A model generated the notes under the pieces. That model was given only the letters and a program-made list of their open reading frames with translations, searched no databases and was not told where the DNA came from. The translations under genes were made by a program, and so were the position numbers. Below, one piece after another: positions 36,852 through 51,800 of a DNA stretch of 64,000 nucleotides (within the stretch, counting starts at the first letter, position 1; each line of letters begins with the position of its first letter). The stretch comes from the human T2T-CHM13v2.0 reference genome, Homo sapiens: the NCBI RefSeq assembly GCF_009914755.1, contig NC_060947.1. One strand, given 5' to 3'.

Positions 36852-39800
36852 TTTCAAAACTGCTCCATCAGAAGGATTGTTCAACTCTGTGAGTTGAATG
36901 CAGTCATCGCAGAAAACTTTCTGAGAAAGCTTCTGTCTAGGTTTGATGTGAAGATATAGACGTTTCAAACGAAGGCTACAAAGTGGTCAAAATATACACT
37001 TGCAGATTCTACTACAAGGGTGTTGCAAACCTGAACTATCAAAGGAAGGTTCAACTCTGTGAGTTGAATACAAACATCACAAAGAATGTTCTGAGTTTGC
37101 TTCCGTTCAGTTATGGGAAGTTGATCCCGTTTCCAAAGAAATCCTCAGAGAGGTCCAAATATCCCCTCGCAGATTCTACAAAACGTGTGTTTGGAAACTG
37201 CTCCATCATAACGAATGTTCAGCTCCCTGAGTTAAACTCCATCGTCACAAAGAATTTTCTGAGAGTGCTACCGTCTGGTTTTTATATGAAGTTCTTTCCT
37301 TCACTACCACAGGCCTCAAAGCGGTCCAAATCTCCACTTGCAGATTCTACAAAAAGAGTGTTTGCAAACTGCTCTATCAAAAGGAATGTTCAACTCTGGG
37401 AGTTGAATGCAATCATCACAGAGCAGTTTCTGAGAATGCTTCTATGTCGTTTTTAGGAGAAGATATTTCCTTTTCCAACACAGTCCTCCAAGCCCGCTAA
37501 ATAGCCACTTGCACATTGTAGAAAAAGTGTGTCAAAGCTGCGCTATCAAAGGGAAAGTTCAACTCTGTGAGGTGAATGCAAACATCCCAAAGAAGTTTCT
37601 GAGAATGCTTCCGTTTAGCTTTTAGGTGAAGATTATCCCGTTTCCAACGAAACCTTCAAAGAGGTCCAAATATCCCCTTGCGGATCCCACAGAAAGAGTG
37701 TTTCGAAACTGCTGTTTCAAAAGGAATCTTCAACTCTGTGAGTTGAATGCAATCATCACAAAGAAGTTTCTGACAATGCTTCTCTCTCGTCTTTCTGTGA
37801 AGATAAAGGAAAAGGCTTTCAGGCCTTTTCCACCACAGGCCTGAAAGCGCTCCAAATGTCCACTTGCAGATTCTGCCAAAAGAATATTTCAAAACTGCTC
37901 TATGAAAAGCAATGTTAAACTCTGCGGCTCGAACACAAACATCACAAAGCGGTTTCTGAGAATGCTTCAGTTTAGTTTTTCTGTGGAAATATTCCCGTTT
38001 CCAAAGAAATCTTCAAAGAGGTCCACGTATCCACTTACAGATTCTACAAAAAGACAGTTTCAAAACTGCTCCATCAAAAGGAGGGTTCAACCGTGTGACT
38101 TGAATGCAATCATCACTCAGAAGTTTCTGAGAATGCTTCTCTTTAGTTTTTACGTGAACATATACCCGTTTCGAACGAAGGCCACCCAGTGGTCCAAATA
38201 TCCACTTGCAGATTATACAGAAAGAGTGTTTCGAACCTGAACTCTCAAAGGCAGGTTCATCTCTGCGAGTTAAATGCATTCATCATGAAGAACTTTCTCA
38301 GAGTGTTTGTGTTTAGTTATGGGAAATTATTCCCGTTTCCAACGAAATCCTCAGAGAGCTCCAAATATCCACCTGCAGATTCTACCAAAAGTGTATTTGG
38401 AAACTGCTCCATCAAAAGGCATGTTCAGCTCTGTGAGTGAAACTCCATCATCACAAAGAATATTCTGAGAATGCTTCCGTTTGCCTTTTATATGAAGTTC
38501 CTTCCTGTACTACCGTAGGCCTCAAAGCAGTCCAAATCTCCATTTGCAGATTCTATAAAAAGAGTGATTCCAATCTGCTCTATCAATAGGATTGTTCAAC
38601 TCCATGAGTTGAATGCCATCCTCACAAAGTAGTTTCTGAGAATGCTTCTATCTGGTTTTTGTGTGAAGATATTTCCTTTTCCACCACAGGCCTCAAAGCC
38701 CTCCAAACGTCCACTTGCAGATTCTCGAAAAAGAGTGTTTCATAGCTGCTCTTTCAAAAGGAAAGTTCAACTCTGGGAGTTGAATACAAACATCACAAAA
38801 TAGTTTCCGAGAATGCTTCTGTTTAGTTTTTATGTGAAGATGATCCCGTTTCCAGTGAAATCTTCAAAGAGGTCCACATATCCCCTTGCAGATTCCAAAG
38901 AAAGAGGGTTTCAAAACTGCTCCATCAGAAGGATTGTTCAACTCTGTGAGTTGAATGCAGTCATCGCAGAAAACTTTCTGAGAATGCTTCTGTCTAGGTT
39001 TGATGTGAAGATATAGACGTTTCAAACGAAGGCTACAAAGTGGTCAAAATATACACTTGCAGATTCTACTACAAGGGTGTTGCAAACCTGAACTATCAAA
39101 GGAAGGTTCAACTCTGTGAGTTGAATACAAACATCACAAAGAATGTTCTGAGTTTGCTTCCGTTCAGTTATGGGAAGTTGATCCCGTTTCCAACGAAATC
39201 CTCAGAGAGGTCCAAATATCCCCTTGCAGATTCTACAAAACGTGTGTTTGGAAACTGCTCCATCATAACGAATGTTCAGCTCCCTGAGTTAAACTCCATC
39301 GTCACAAAGAATTTTCTGAGAGTGCTACCGTCTGGTTTTTATATGAAGTTCTTTCCTTCACTACCACAGGCCTCAAAGCGGTCCAAATCTCCACTTGCAG
39401 ATTCTACAAAAAGAGTGTTTGCAAACTGCTCTATCAAAAGGAATGTTCAACTCTGGGAGTTGAATGCAATCATCACAGAGCAGTTTCTGAGAATGCTTCT
39501 ATGTCGTTTTTAGAAGATATTTCCTTTTCCAACACAGTCCTCCAAGCCCGCTAAATAGCCACTTGCACATTGTAGAAAAAGTGTGTCGAAGCTGCGCTAT
39601 CAAAGGGAAAGTTCAACTCTGTGAGGTGAATGCAAACATCCCAAAGAAGTTTCTGAGAATGCTTCCGTTTAGCTTTTAGGTGAAGATTATCCCGTTTCCA
39701 ACGAAACCTTCAAAGAGGTCCAAATATCCCCTTGCGGATCCCACAGAAAGAGTGTTTCGAAACTGCTGTTTCAAAAGGAATCTTCAACTCTGTGAGTTGA

Positions 39801-42800
39801 ATGCAATCATCACAAAGAAGTTTCTGACAATGCTTCTCTCTCGTCTTTCTGTGAAGATAAAGGAAAAGGCTTTCAGGCCTTTGCCACCACAGGCCTGAAA
39901 GCGCTCCAAATGTCCACTTGCAGATTCTGCGAAAAGAATATTTCAAAACTGCTCTATGAAAAGCAATGTTAAACTCTGTGGCTCGAACACAAACATCACA
40001 AAGCGGTTTCTGAGAGTGCTTCAGTTTAGTTTTTCTGTGGAAATATTCCCGTTTCCAAAGAAATCTTCAAAGAGGTCCACGTATCCACTTACAGATTCTA
40101 CAAAAAGACAGTTTCAAAACTGCTCCATCAAAAGGAGGGTTCAACTGTGTGACTTGAATGCAATCATCACTCAGAAGTTTCTGAGAATGCTTCTCTTTAG
40201 TTTTTACGTGAACATATACCCGTTTCGAACGAAGGCCACCCAGTGGTCCAAATATCCACTTGCAGATTCTACAGAAAGAGTGTTTCGAACCTGAACTCTC
40301 AAAGGCAGGTTCATCTCTGCGAGTTAAATGCATTCATCATGAAGAACTTTCTCAGAGTGTTTGTGTTTAGTTATGGGAAATTATTCCCGTTTCCAACGAA
40401 ATCCTCAGAGAGCTCCAAATATCCACCTGCAGATTCTACCAAAAGTGTATTTGGAAACTGCTCCATCAAAAGGCATGTTCAGCTCTGTGAGTGAAACTCC
40501 ATCATCACAAAGAATATTCTGAGAATGCTTCCGTTTGCCTTTTATATGAAGTTCCTTCCTGTACTACCGTAGGCCTCAAAGCAGTCCAAATCTCCATTTG
40601 CAGATTCTATAAAAAGAGTGATTCCAATCTGCTCTATCAATAGGATTGTTCAACTCCATGAGTTGAATGCCATCCTCACAAAGTAGTTTCTGAGAATGCT
40701 TCTATCTGGTTTTTGTGTGAAGATATTTCCTTTTCCACCACAGGCCTCAAAGCCCTCCAAACGTCCACTTGCAGATTCTCGAAAAAGAGTGTTTCATAGC
40801 TGCTCTTTCAAAAGGAAAGTTCAACTCTGGGAGTTGAATACAAACATCACAAAGTAGTTTCCGAGAATGCTTCTGTTTAGTTTTTATGTGAGGATGATCC
40901 CGTTTCCAGTGAAATCTTCAAAGAGGTCCACATATCCCCTTGCAGATTCCAAAGAAAGAGGGTTTCAAAACTGCTCCATCAGAAGGATTGTTCAACTCTG
41001 TGAGTTGAATGCAGTCATCGCAGAAAACTTTCTGAGAATGCTTCTGTCTAGGTTTGATGTGAAGATATAGACGTTTCAAACGAAGGCTACAAAGTGGTCA
41101 AAATATACACTTGCAGATTCTACTACAAGGGTGTTGCAAACCTGAACTATCAAAGGAAGGTTCAACTCTGTGAGTTGAATACAAACATCACAAAGAATGT
41201 TCTGAGTTTGCTTCCGTTCAGTTATGGGAAGTTGATCCCGTTTCCAACGAAATCCTCAGAGAGGTCCAAATATCCCCTTGCAGATTCTACAAAACGTGTG
41301 TTTGGAAACTGCTCCATCATAACGAATGTTCAGCTCCCTGAGTTAAACTCCATCGTCACAAAGAATTTTCTGAGAGTGCTACCGTCTGGTTTTTATATGA
41401 AGTTCTTTCCTTCACTACCACAGGCCTCAAAGCGGTCCAAATCTCCACTTGCAGATTCTACAAAAAGAGTGTTTGCAAACTGCTCTATCAAAAGGAATGT
41501 TCAACTCTGGGAGTTGAATGCAATCATCACAGAGCAGTTTCTGAGAATGCTTCTATGTCGTTTTTAGGAGAAGATATTTCCTTTTCCAACACAGTCCTCC
41601 AAGCCCGCTAAATAGCCACTTGCACATTGTAGAAAAAGTGTGTCGAAGCTGCGCTATCAAAGGGAAAGTTCAACTCTGTGAGGTGAATGCAAACATCCCA
41701 AAGAAGTTTCTGAGAATGCTTCCGTTTAGCTTTTAGGTGAAGATTATCCCGTTTCCAACGAAACCTTCAAAGAGGTCCAAATATCCCCTTGCGGATCCCA
41801 CAGAAAGAGTGTTTCGAAACTGCTGTTTCAAAAGGAATCTTCAACTCTGTGAGTTGAATGCAATCATCACAAAGAAGTTTCTGACAATGCTTCTCTCTCG
41901 TCTTTCTGTGAAGATAAAGGAAAAGGCTTTCAGGCCTTTGCCACCACAGGCCTGAAAGCGCTCCAAATGTCCACTTGCAGATTCTGCGAAAAGAATATTT
42001 CAAAACTGCTCTATGAAAAGCAATGTTAAACTCTGTGGCTCGAACACAAACATCACAAAGCGGTTTCTGAGAGTGCTTCAGTTTAGTTTTTCTGTGGAAA
42101 TATTCCCGTTTCCAAAGAAATCTTCAAAGAGGTCCACGTATCCACTTACAGATTCTACAAAAAGACAGTTTCAAAACTGCTCCATCAAAAGGAGGGTTCA
42201 ACTGTGTGACTTGAATGCAATCATCACTCAGAAGTTTCTGAGAATGCTTCTCTTTAGTTTTTACGTGAACATATACCCGTTTCGAACGAAGGCCACCCAG
42301 TGGTCCAAATATCCACTTGCAGATTCTACAGAAAGAGTGTTTCGAACCTGAACTCTCAAAGGCAGGTTCATCTCTGCGAGTTAAATGCATTCATCATGAA
42401 GAACTTTCTCAGAGTGTTTGTGTTTAGTTATGGGAAATTATTCCCGTTTCCAACGAAATCCTCAGAGAGCTCCAAATATCCACCTGCAGATTCTACCAAA
42501 AGTGTATTTGGAAACTGCTCCATCAAAAGGCATGTTCAGCTCTGTGAGTGAAACTCCATCATCACAAAGAATATTCTGAGAATGCTTCCGTTTGCCTTTT
42601 ATATGAAGTTCCTTCCTGTACTACCGTAGGCCTCAAAGCAGTCCAAATCTCCATTTGCAGATTCTATAAAAAGAGTGATTCCAATCTGCTCTATCAATAG
42701 GATTGTTCAACTCCATGAGTTGAATGCCATCCTCACAAAGTAGTTTCTGAGAATGCTTCTATCTGGTTTTTGTGTGAAGATATTTCCTTTTCCACCACAG

Positions 42801-45800
42801 GCCTCAAAGCCCTCCAAACGTCCACTTGCAGATTCTCGAAAAAGAGTGTTTCATAGCTGCTCTTTCAAAAGGAAAGTTCAACTCTGGGACTTGAATACAA
42901 ACATCACAAAGTAGTTTCCGAGAATGCTTCTGTTTAGTTTTTATGTGAGGATGATCCCGTTTCCAGTGAAATCTTCAAAGAGGTCCACATATCCCCTTGC
43001 AGATTCCAAAGAAAGAGGGTTTCAAAACTGCTCCATCAGAAGGATTGTTCAACTGTGTGAGTTGAATGCAGTCATCGCAGAAAACTTTCTGAGAATGCTT
43101 CTGTCTAGGTTTGATGTGAAGATATAGACGTTTCAAACGAAGGCTACAAAGTGGTCAAAATATACACTTGCAGATTCTACTACAAGGGTGTTGCAAACCT
43201 GAACTATCAAAGGAAGGTTCAACTCTGTGAGTTGAATACAAACATCACAAAGAATGTTCTGAGTTTGCTTCCGTTCAGTTATGGGAAGTTGATCCCGTTT
43301 CCAACGAAATCCTCAGAGAGGTCCAAATATCCCCTTGCAGATTCTACAAAACGTGTGTTTGGAAACTGCTCCATCATAACGAATGTTCAGCTCCCTGAGT
43401 TAAACTCCATCGTCACAAAGAATTTTCTGAGAGTGCTACCGTCTGGTTTTTATATGAAGTTCTTTCCTTCACTACCACAGGCCTCAAAGCGGTCCAAATC
43501 TCCACTTGCAGATTCTACAAAAAGAGTGTTTGCAAACTGCTCTATCAAAAGGAATGTTCAACTCTGGGAGTTGAATGCAATCATCACAGAGCAGTTTCTG
43601 AGAATGCTTCTATGTCGTTTTTAGGAGAAGATATTTCCTTTTCCAACACAGTCCTCCAAGCCCGCTAAATAGCCACTTGCACATTGTAGAAAAAGTGTGT
43701 CAAAGCTGCGCTATCAAAGGGAAAGTTCAACTCTGTGAGGTGAATGCAAACATCCCAAAGAAGTTTCTGAGAATGCTTCCGTTTAGCTTTTAGGTGAAGA
43801 TTATCCCGTTTCCAACGAAACCTTCAAAGAGGTCCAAATATCCCCTTGCGGATCCCACAGAAAGAGTGTTTCGAAACTGCTGTTTCAAAAGGAATCTTCA
43901 ACTCTGTGAGTTGAATGCAATCATCACAAAGAAGTTTCTGACAATGCTTCTCTCTCGTCTTTCTGTGAAGATAAAGGAAAAGGCTTTCAGGCCTTTTCCA
44001 CCACAGGCCTGAAAGCGCTCCAAATGTCCACTTGCAGATTCTGCCAAAAGAATATTTCAAAACTGCTCTATGAAAAGCAATGTTAAACTCTGTGGCTCGA
44101 ACACAAACATCACAAAGCGGTTTCTGAGAATGCTTCAGTTTAGTTTTTCTGTGGAAATATTCCCGTTTCCAAAGAAATCTTCAAAGAGGTCCACGTATCC
44201 ACTTACAGATTCTACAAAAAGACAGTTTCAAAACTGCTCCATCAAAAGGAGGGTTCAACTGTGTGACTTGAATGCAATCATCACTCAGAAGTTTCTGAGA
44301 ATGCTTCTCTTTAGTTTTTACGTGAACATATACCCGTTTCGAACGAAGGCCACCCAGTGGTCCAAATATCCACTTGCAGATTCTACAGAAAGAGTGTTTC
44401 GAACCTGAACTCTCAAAGGCAGGTTCATCTCTGCGAGTTAAATGCATTCATCATGAAGAACTTTCTCAGAGTATTTGTGTTTAGTTATGGGAAATTATTC
44501 CCGTTTCCAAAGAAATCCTCAGAGAGCTCCAAATATCCACCTGCAGATTCTACCAAAAGTGTATTTGGAAACTGCTCCATCAAAAGGCATGTTCAGCTCT
44601 GTGAGTGAAACTCCATCATCGCAAAGAATATTCTGAGAATGCTTCCGTTTGCCTTTTATATGAAGTTCCTTCCTGTACTACCGTAGGCCTCAAAGCAGTC
44701 CAAATCTCCATTTGCAGATTCTACAAAAAGAGTGATTCCAATCTGCTCTATCAATAGGATTGTTCAACTCCATGAGTTGAATGCCATCCTCACAAAGTAG
44801 TTTCTGAGAATGCTTCTATCTGGTTTTTGTGTGAAGATATTTCCTTTTCCACCACAGGCCTCAAAGCCCTCCAAACGTCCACTTGCAGATTCTCGAAAAA
44901 GAGTGTTTCATAGCTGCTCTTTCAAAAGGAAAGTTCAACTCTGGGAGTTGAATACAAACATCACAAAATAGTTTCCGAGAATGCTTCAGTTTAGTTTTTA
45001 TGTGAAGATGATCCCGTTTCCAGTGAAATCTTCAAAGAGGTCCACATATCCCCTTGCAGATTCCAAAGAAAGAGGGTTTCAAAACTGCTCCATCAGAAGG
45101 ATTGTTCAACTCTGTGAGTTGAATGCAGTCATCGCAGAAAACTTTCTGAGAATGCTTCTGTCTAGGTTTGATGTGAAGATATAGATGTTTCAAACGAAGG
45201 CTACAAAGTGGTCAAAATATACACTTGCAGATTCTACTACAAGGGTGTTGCAAACCTGAACTATCAAAGGAAGGTTCAACTCTGTGAGTTGAATACAAAC
45301 ATCACAAAGAATGTTCTGAGTTTGCTTCCGTTCAGTTATGGGAAGTTGATCCCGTTTCCAACGAAATCCTCAGAGAGGTCCAAATATCCCCTTGCAGATT
45401 CTACAAAACGTGTGTTTGGAAACTGCTCCATCATAACGAATGTTCAGCTCCCTGAGTTAAACTCCATCGTCACAAAGAATTTTCTGAGAGTGCTACCGTC
45501 TGGTTTTTATATGAAGTTCTTTCCTTCACTACCACAGGCCTCAAAGCGGTCCAAATCTCCACTTACAGATTCTACAAAAAGAGTGTTTGCAAACTGCTCT
45601 ATCAAAAGGAATGTTCAACTCTGGGAGTTGAATGCAATCATCACAGAGCAGTTTCTGAGAATGCTTCTATGTCGTTTTTAGGAGAAGATATTTCCTTTTC
45701 CAACACAATCCTCCAAGCCCGCTAAATAGCCACTTGCACATTGTAGAAAAAGTGTGTCAAAGCTGCGCTATCAAAGGGAAAGTTCAACTCTGTGAGGTGA

Positions 45801-48800
45801 ATGCAAACATCCCAAAGAAGTTTCTGAGAATGCTTCCGTTTAGCTTTTAGGTGAAGATTATCCCGTTTCCAACGAAACCTTCAAAGAGGTCCAAATATCC
45901 CCTTGCGGATCCCACAGAAAGAGTGTTTCGAAACTGCTGTTTCAAAAGGAATCTTCAACTCTGTGAGTTGAATGCAATCATCACAAAGAAGTTTCTGACA
46001 ATGCTTCTCTCTCGTCTTTCTGTGAAGATAAAGGAAAAGGCTTTCAGGCCTTTTCCACCACAGGCCTGAAAGCGCTCCAAATGTCCACTTGCAGATTCTG
46101 CCAAAAGAATATTTCAAAACTGCTCTATGAAAAGCAATGTTAAACTCTGTGGCTGGAACACAAACATCACAAAGCGGTTTCTGAGAATGTTTCAGTTTAG
46201 TTTTTCTGTGGAAATATTCCCGTTTCCAAAGAAATCTTCAAAGAGGTCCACGTATCCACTTACAGATTCTACAAAAAGACAGTTTCAAAACTGCTCCATC
46301 AAAAGGAGGGTTCAACTGTGTGACTTGAATGCAATCATCACTCAGAAGTTTCTGAGAATGCTTCTCTTTAGTTTTTACGTGAACATATACCCGTTTCGAA
46401 CGAAGGCCACCCAGTGGTCCAAATATCCACTTGCAGATTCTACAGAAAGAGTGTTTCGAACCTGAACTCTCAAAGGCAGGTTCATCTCTGCGAGTTAAAT
46501 GCATTCATCATGAAGAACTTTCTCAGAGTGTTTGTGTTTAGTTATGGGAAATTATTCCCGTTTCCAACGAAATCCTCAGAGAGCTCCAAATATCCACCTG
46601 CAGATTCTACCAAAAGTGTATTTGGAAACTGCTCCATCAAAAGGCATGTTCAGCTCTGTGAGTGAAACTCCATCATCACAAAGAATATTCTGAGAATGCT
46701 TCCGTTTGCCTTTTATATGAAGTTCCTTCCTGTACTACCGTAGGCCTCAAAGCAGTCCAAATCTCCATTTGCAGATTCTATAAAAAGAGTGATTCCAATC
46801 TGCTCTATCAATAGGATTGTTCAACTCCATGAGTTGAATGCCATCCTCACAAAGTAGTTTCTGAGAATGCTTCTATCTGGTTTTTGTGTGAAGATATTTC
46901 CTTTTCCACCACAGGCCTCAAAGCCCTCCAAACGTCCACTTGCAGATTCTCGAAAAAGAGTGTTTCATAGCTGCTCTTTCAAAAGGAAAGTTCAACTCTG
47001 GGAGTTGAATACAAACATCACAAAGTAGTTTCCGAGAATGCTTCTGTTTAGTTTTTATGTGAGGATGATCCCGTTTCCAGTGAAATCTTCAAAGAGGTCC
47101 ACATATCCCCTTGCAGATTCCAAAGAAAGAGGGTTTCAAAACTGCTCCATCAGAAGGATTGTTCAACTCTGTGAGTTGAATGCAGTCATCGCAGAAAACT
47201 TTCTGAGAATGCTTCTGTCTAGGTTTGATGTGAAGATATAGACGTTTCAAACGAAGGCTACAAAGTGGTCAAAATATACACTTGCAGATTCTACTACAAG
47301 GGTGTTGCAAACCTGAACTATCAAAGGAAGGTTCAACTCTGTGAGTTGAATACAAACATCACAAAGAATGTTCTGAGTTTGCTTCCGTTCAGTTATGGGA
47401 AGTTGATCCCGTTTCCAAAGAAATCCTCAGAGAGGTCCAAATATCCCCTTGCAGATTCTACAAAACGTGTGTTTGGAAACTGCTCCATCATAACGAATGT
47501 TCAGCTCCCTGAGTTAAACTCCATCGTCACAAAGAATTTTCTGAGAGTGCTACCGTCTGGTTTTTATATGAAGTTCTTTCCTTCACTACCACAGGCCTCA
47601 AAGCGGTCCAAATCTCCACTTGCAGATTCTACAAAAAGAGTGTTTGCAAACTGCTCTATCAAAAGGAATGTTCAACTCTGGGAGTTGAATGCAATCATCA
47701 CAGAGCAGTTTCTGAGAATGCTTCTATGTCGTTTTTAGGAGAAGATATTTCCTTTTCCAACACAGTCCTCCAAGCCCGCTAAATAGCCACTTGCACATTG
47801 TAGAAAAAGTGTGTCAAAGCTGCGCTATCAAAGGGAAAGTTCAACTCTGTGAGGTGAATGCAAACATCCCAAAGAAGTTTCTGAGAATGCTTCCGTTTAG
47901 CTTTTAGGTGAAGATTATCCCGTTTCCAACGAAACCTTCAAAGAGGTCCAAATATCCCCTTGCGGATCCCACAGAAAGAGTGTTTCGAAACTGCTGTTTC
48001 AAAAGGAATCTTCAACTCTGTGAGTTGAATGCAATCATCACAAAGAAGTTTCTGACAATGCTTCTCTCTCGTCTTTCTGTGAAGATAAAGGAAAAGGCTT
48101 TCAGGCCTTTTCCACCACAGGCCTGAAAGCGCTCCAAATGTCCACTTGCAGATTCTGCCAAAAGAATATTTCAAAACTGCTCTATGAAAAGCAATGTTAA
48201 ACTCTGTGGCTCGAACACAAACATCACAAAGCGGTTTCTGAGAATGCTTCAGTTTAGTTTTTCTGTGGAAATATTCCCGTTTCCAAAGAAATCTTCAAAG
48301 AGGTCCACGTATCCACTTACAGATTCTACAAAAAGACAGTTTCAAAACTGCTCCATCAAAAGGAGGGTTCAACTGTGTGACTTGAATGCAATCATCACTC
48401 AGAAGTTTCTGAGAATGCTTCTCTTTAGTTTTTACGTGAACATATACCCGTTTCGAACGAAGGCCACCCAGTGGTCCAAATATCCACTTGCAGATTCTAC
48501 AGAAAGAGTGTTTCGAACCTGAACTCTCAAAGGCAGGTTCATCTCTGCGAGTTAAATGCATTCATCATGAAGAACTTTCTCAGAGTATTTGTGTTTAGTT
48601 ATGGGAAATTATTCCCGTTTCCAAAGAAATCCTCAGAGAGCTCCAAATATCCACCTGCAGATTCTACCAAAAGTGTATTTGGAAACTGCTCCATCAAAAG
48701 GCATGTTCAGCTCTGTGAGTGAAACTCCATCATCACAAAGAATATTCTGAGAATGCTTCCGTTTGCCTTTTATATGAAGTTCCTTCCTGTACTACCGTAG

Positions 48801-51800
48801 GCCTCAAAGCAGTCCAAATCTCCATTTGCAGATTCTACAAAAAGAGTGATTCCAATCTGCTCTATCAATAGGATTGTTCAACTCCATGAGTTGAATGCCA
48901 TCCTCACAAAGTAGTTTCTGAGAATGCTTCTATCTGGTTTTTGTGTGAAGATATTTCCTTTTCCACCACAGGCCTCAAAGCCCTCCAAACGTCCACTTGC
49001 AGATTCTCGAAAAAGAGTGTTTCATAGCTGCTCTTTCAAAAGGAAAGTTCAACTCTGGGAGTTGAATACAAACATCACAAAATAGTTTCCGAGAATGCTT
49101 CAGTTTAGTTTTTATGTGAAGATGATCCCGTTTCCAGTGAAATCTTCAAAGAGGTCCACATATCCCCTTGCAGATTCCAAAGAAAGAGGGTTTCAAAACT
49201 GCTCCATCAGAAGGATTGTTCAACTCTGTGAGTTGAATGCAGTCATCGCAGAAAACTTTCTGAGAATGCTTCTGTCTAGGTTTGATGTGAAGATATAGAT
49301 GTTTCAAACGAAGGCTACAAAGTGGTCAAAATATACACTTGCAGATTCTACTACAAGGGTGTTGCAAACCTGAACTATCAAAGGAAGGTTCAACTCTGTG
49401 AGTTGAATACAAACATCACAAAGAATGTTCTGAGTTTGCTTCCGTTCAGTTATGGGAAGTTGATCCCGTTTCCAACGAAATCCTCAGAGAGGTCCAAATA
49501 TCCCCTTGCAGATTCTACAAAACGTGTGTTTGGAAACTGCTCCATCATAACGAATGTTCAGCTCCCTGAGTTAAACTCCATCGTCACAAAGAATTTTCTG
49601 AGAGTGCTACCGTCTGGTTTTTATATGAAGTTCTTTCCTTCACTACCACAGGCCTCAAAGCGGTCCAAATCTCCACTTGCAGATTCTACAAAAAGAGTGT
49701 TTGCAAACTGCTCTATCAAAAGGAATGTTCAACTCTGGGAGTTGAATGCAATCATCACAGAGCAGTTTCTGAGAATGCTTCTATGTCGTTTTTAGGAGAA
49801 GATATTTCCTTTTCCAACACAATCCTCCAAGCCCGCTAAATAGCCACTTGCACATTGTAGAAAAAGTGTGTCAAAGCTGCGCTATCAAAGGGAAAGTTCA
49901 ACTCTGTGAGGTGAATGCAAACATCCCAAAGAAGTTTCTGAGAATGCTTCCGTTTAGCTTTTAGGTGAAGATTATCCCGTTTCCAACGAAACCTTCAAAG
50001 AGGTCCAAATATCCCCTTGCGGATCCCACAGAAAGAGTGTTTCGAAACTGCTGTTTCAAAAGGAATCTTCAACTCTGTGAGTTGAATGCAATCATCACAA
50101 AGAAGTTTCTGACAATGCTTCTCTCTCGTCTTTCTGTGAAGATAAAGGAAAAGGCTTTCAGGCCTTTTCCACCACAGGCCTGAAAGCGCTCCAAATGTCC
50201 ACTTGCAGATTCTGCCAAAAGAATATTTCAAAACTGCTCTATGAAAAGCAATGTTAAACTCTGTGGCTGGAACACAAACATCACAAAGCGGTTTCTGAGA
50301 ATGTTTCAGTTTAGTTTTTCTGTGGAAATATTCCCGTTTCCAAAGAAATCTTCAAAGAGGTCCACGTATCCACTTACAGATTCTACAAAAAGACAGTTTC
50401 AAAACTGCTCCATCAAAAGGAGGGTTCAACTGTGTGACTTGAATGCAATCATCACTCAGAAGTTTCTGAGAATGCTTCTCTTTAGTTTTTACGTGAACAT
50501 ATACCCGTTTCGAACGAAGGCCACCCAGTGGTCCAAATATCCACTTGCAGATTATACAGAAAGAGTGTTTCGAACCTGAACTCTCAAAGGCAGGTTCATC
50601 TCTGCGAGTTAAATGCATTCATCATGAAGAACTTTCTCAGAGTGTTTGTGTTTAGTTATGGGAAATTATTCCCGTTTCCAACGAAATCCTCAGAGAGCTC
50701 CAAATATCCACCTGCAGATTCTACCAAAAGTGTATTTGGAAACTGCTCCATCAAAAGGCATGTTCAGCTCTGTGAGTGAAACTCCATCATCACAAAGAAT
50801 ATTCTGAGAATGCTTCCGTTTGCCTTTTATATGAAGTTCCTTCCTGTACTACCGTAGGCCTCAAAGCAGTCCAAATCTCCATTTGCAGATTCTACAAAAA
50901 GAGTGATTCCAATCTGCTCTATCAATAGGATTGTTCAACTCCATGAGTTGAATGCCATCCTCACAAAGTAGTTTCCGAGAATGCTTCTGTTTAGTTTTTA
51001 TGTGAAGATGATCCCGTTTCCAGTGAAATCTTCAAAGAGGTCCACATATCCCCTTGCAGATTCCAAAGAAAGAGGGTTTCAAAACTGCTCCATCAGAAGG
51101 ATTGTTCAACTCTGTGAGTTGAATGCAGTCATCGCAGAAAACTTTCTGAGAATGCTTCTGTCTAGGTTTGATGTGAAGATATAGATGTTTCAAACGAAGG
51201 CTACAAAGTGGTCAAAATATACACTTGCAGATTCTACTACAAGGGTGTTGCAAACCTGAACTATCAAAGGAAGGTTCAACTCTGTGAGTTGAATACAAAC
51301 ATCACAAAGAATGTTCTGAGTTTGCTTCCGTTCAGTTATGGGAAGTTGATCCCGTTTCCAACGAAATCCTCAGAGAGGTCCAAATATCCCCTTGCAGATT
51401 CTACAAAACGTGTGTTTGGAAACTGCTCCATCATAACGAATGTTCAGCTCCCTGAGTTAAACTCCATCGTCACAAAGAATTTTCTGAGAGTGCTACCGTC
51501 TGGTTTTTATATGAAGTTCTTTCCTTCACTACCACAGGCCTCAAAGCGGTCCAAATCTCCACTTGCAGATTCTACAAAAAGAGTGTTTGCAAACTGCTCT
51601 ATCAAAAGGAATGTTCAACTCTGGGAGTTGAATGCAATCATCACAGAGCAGTTTCTGAGAATGCTTCTATGTCGTTTTTAGGAGAAGATATTTCCTTTTC
51701 CAACACAGTCCTCCAAGCCCGCTAAATAGCCACTTGCACATTGTAGAAAAAGTGTGTCAAAGCTGCGCTATCAAAGGGAAAGTTCAACTCTGTGAGGTGA

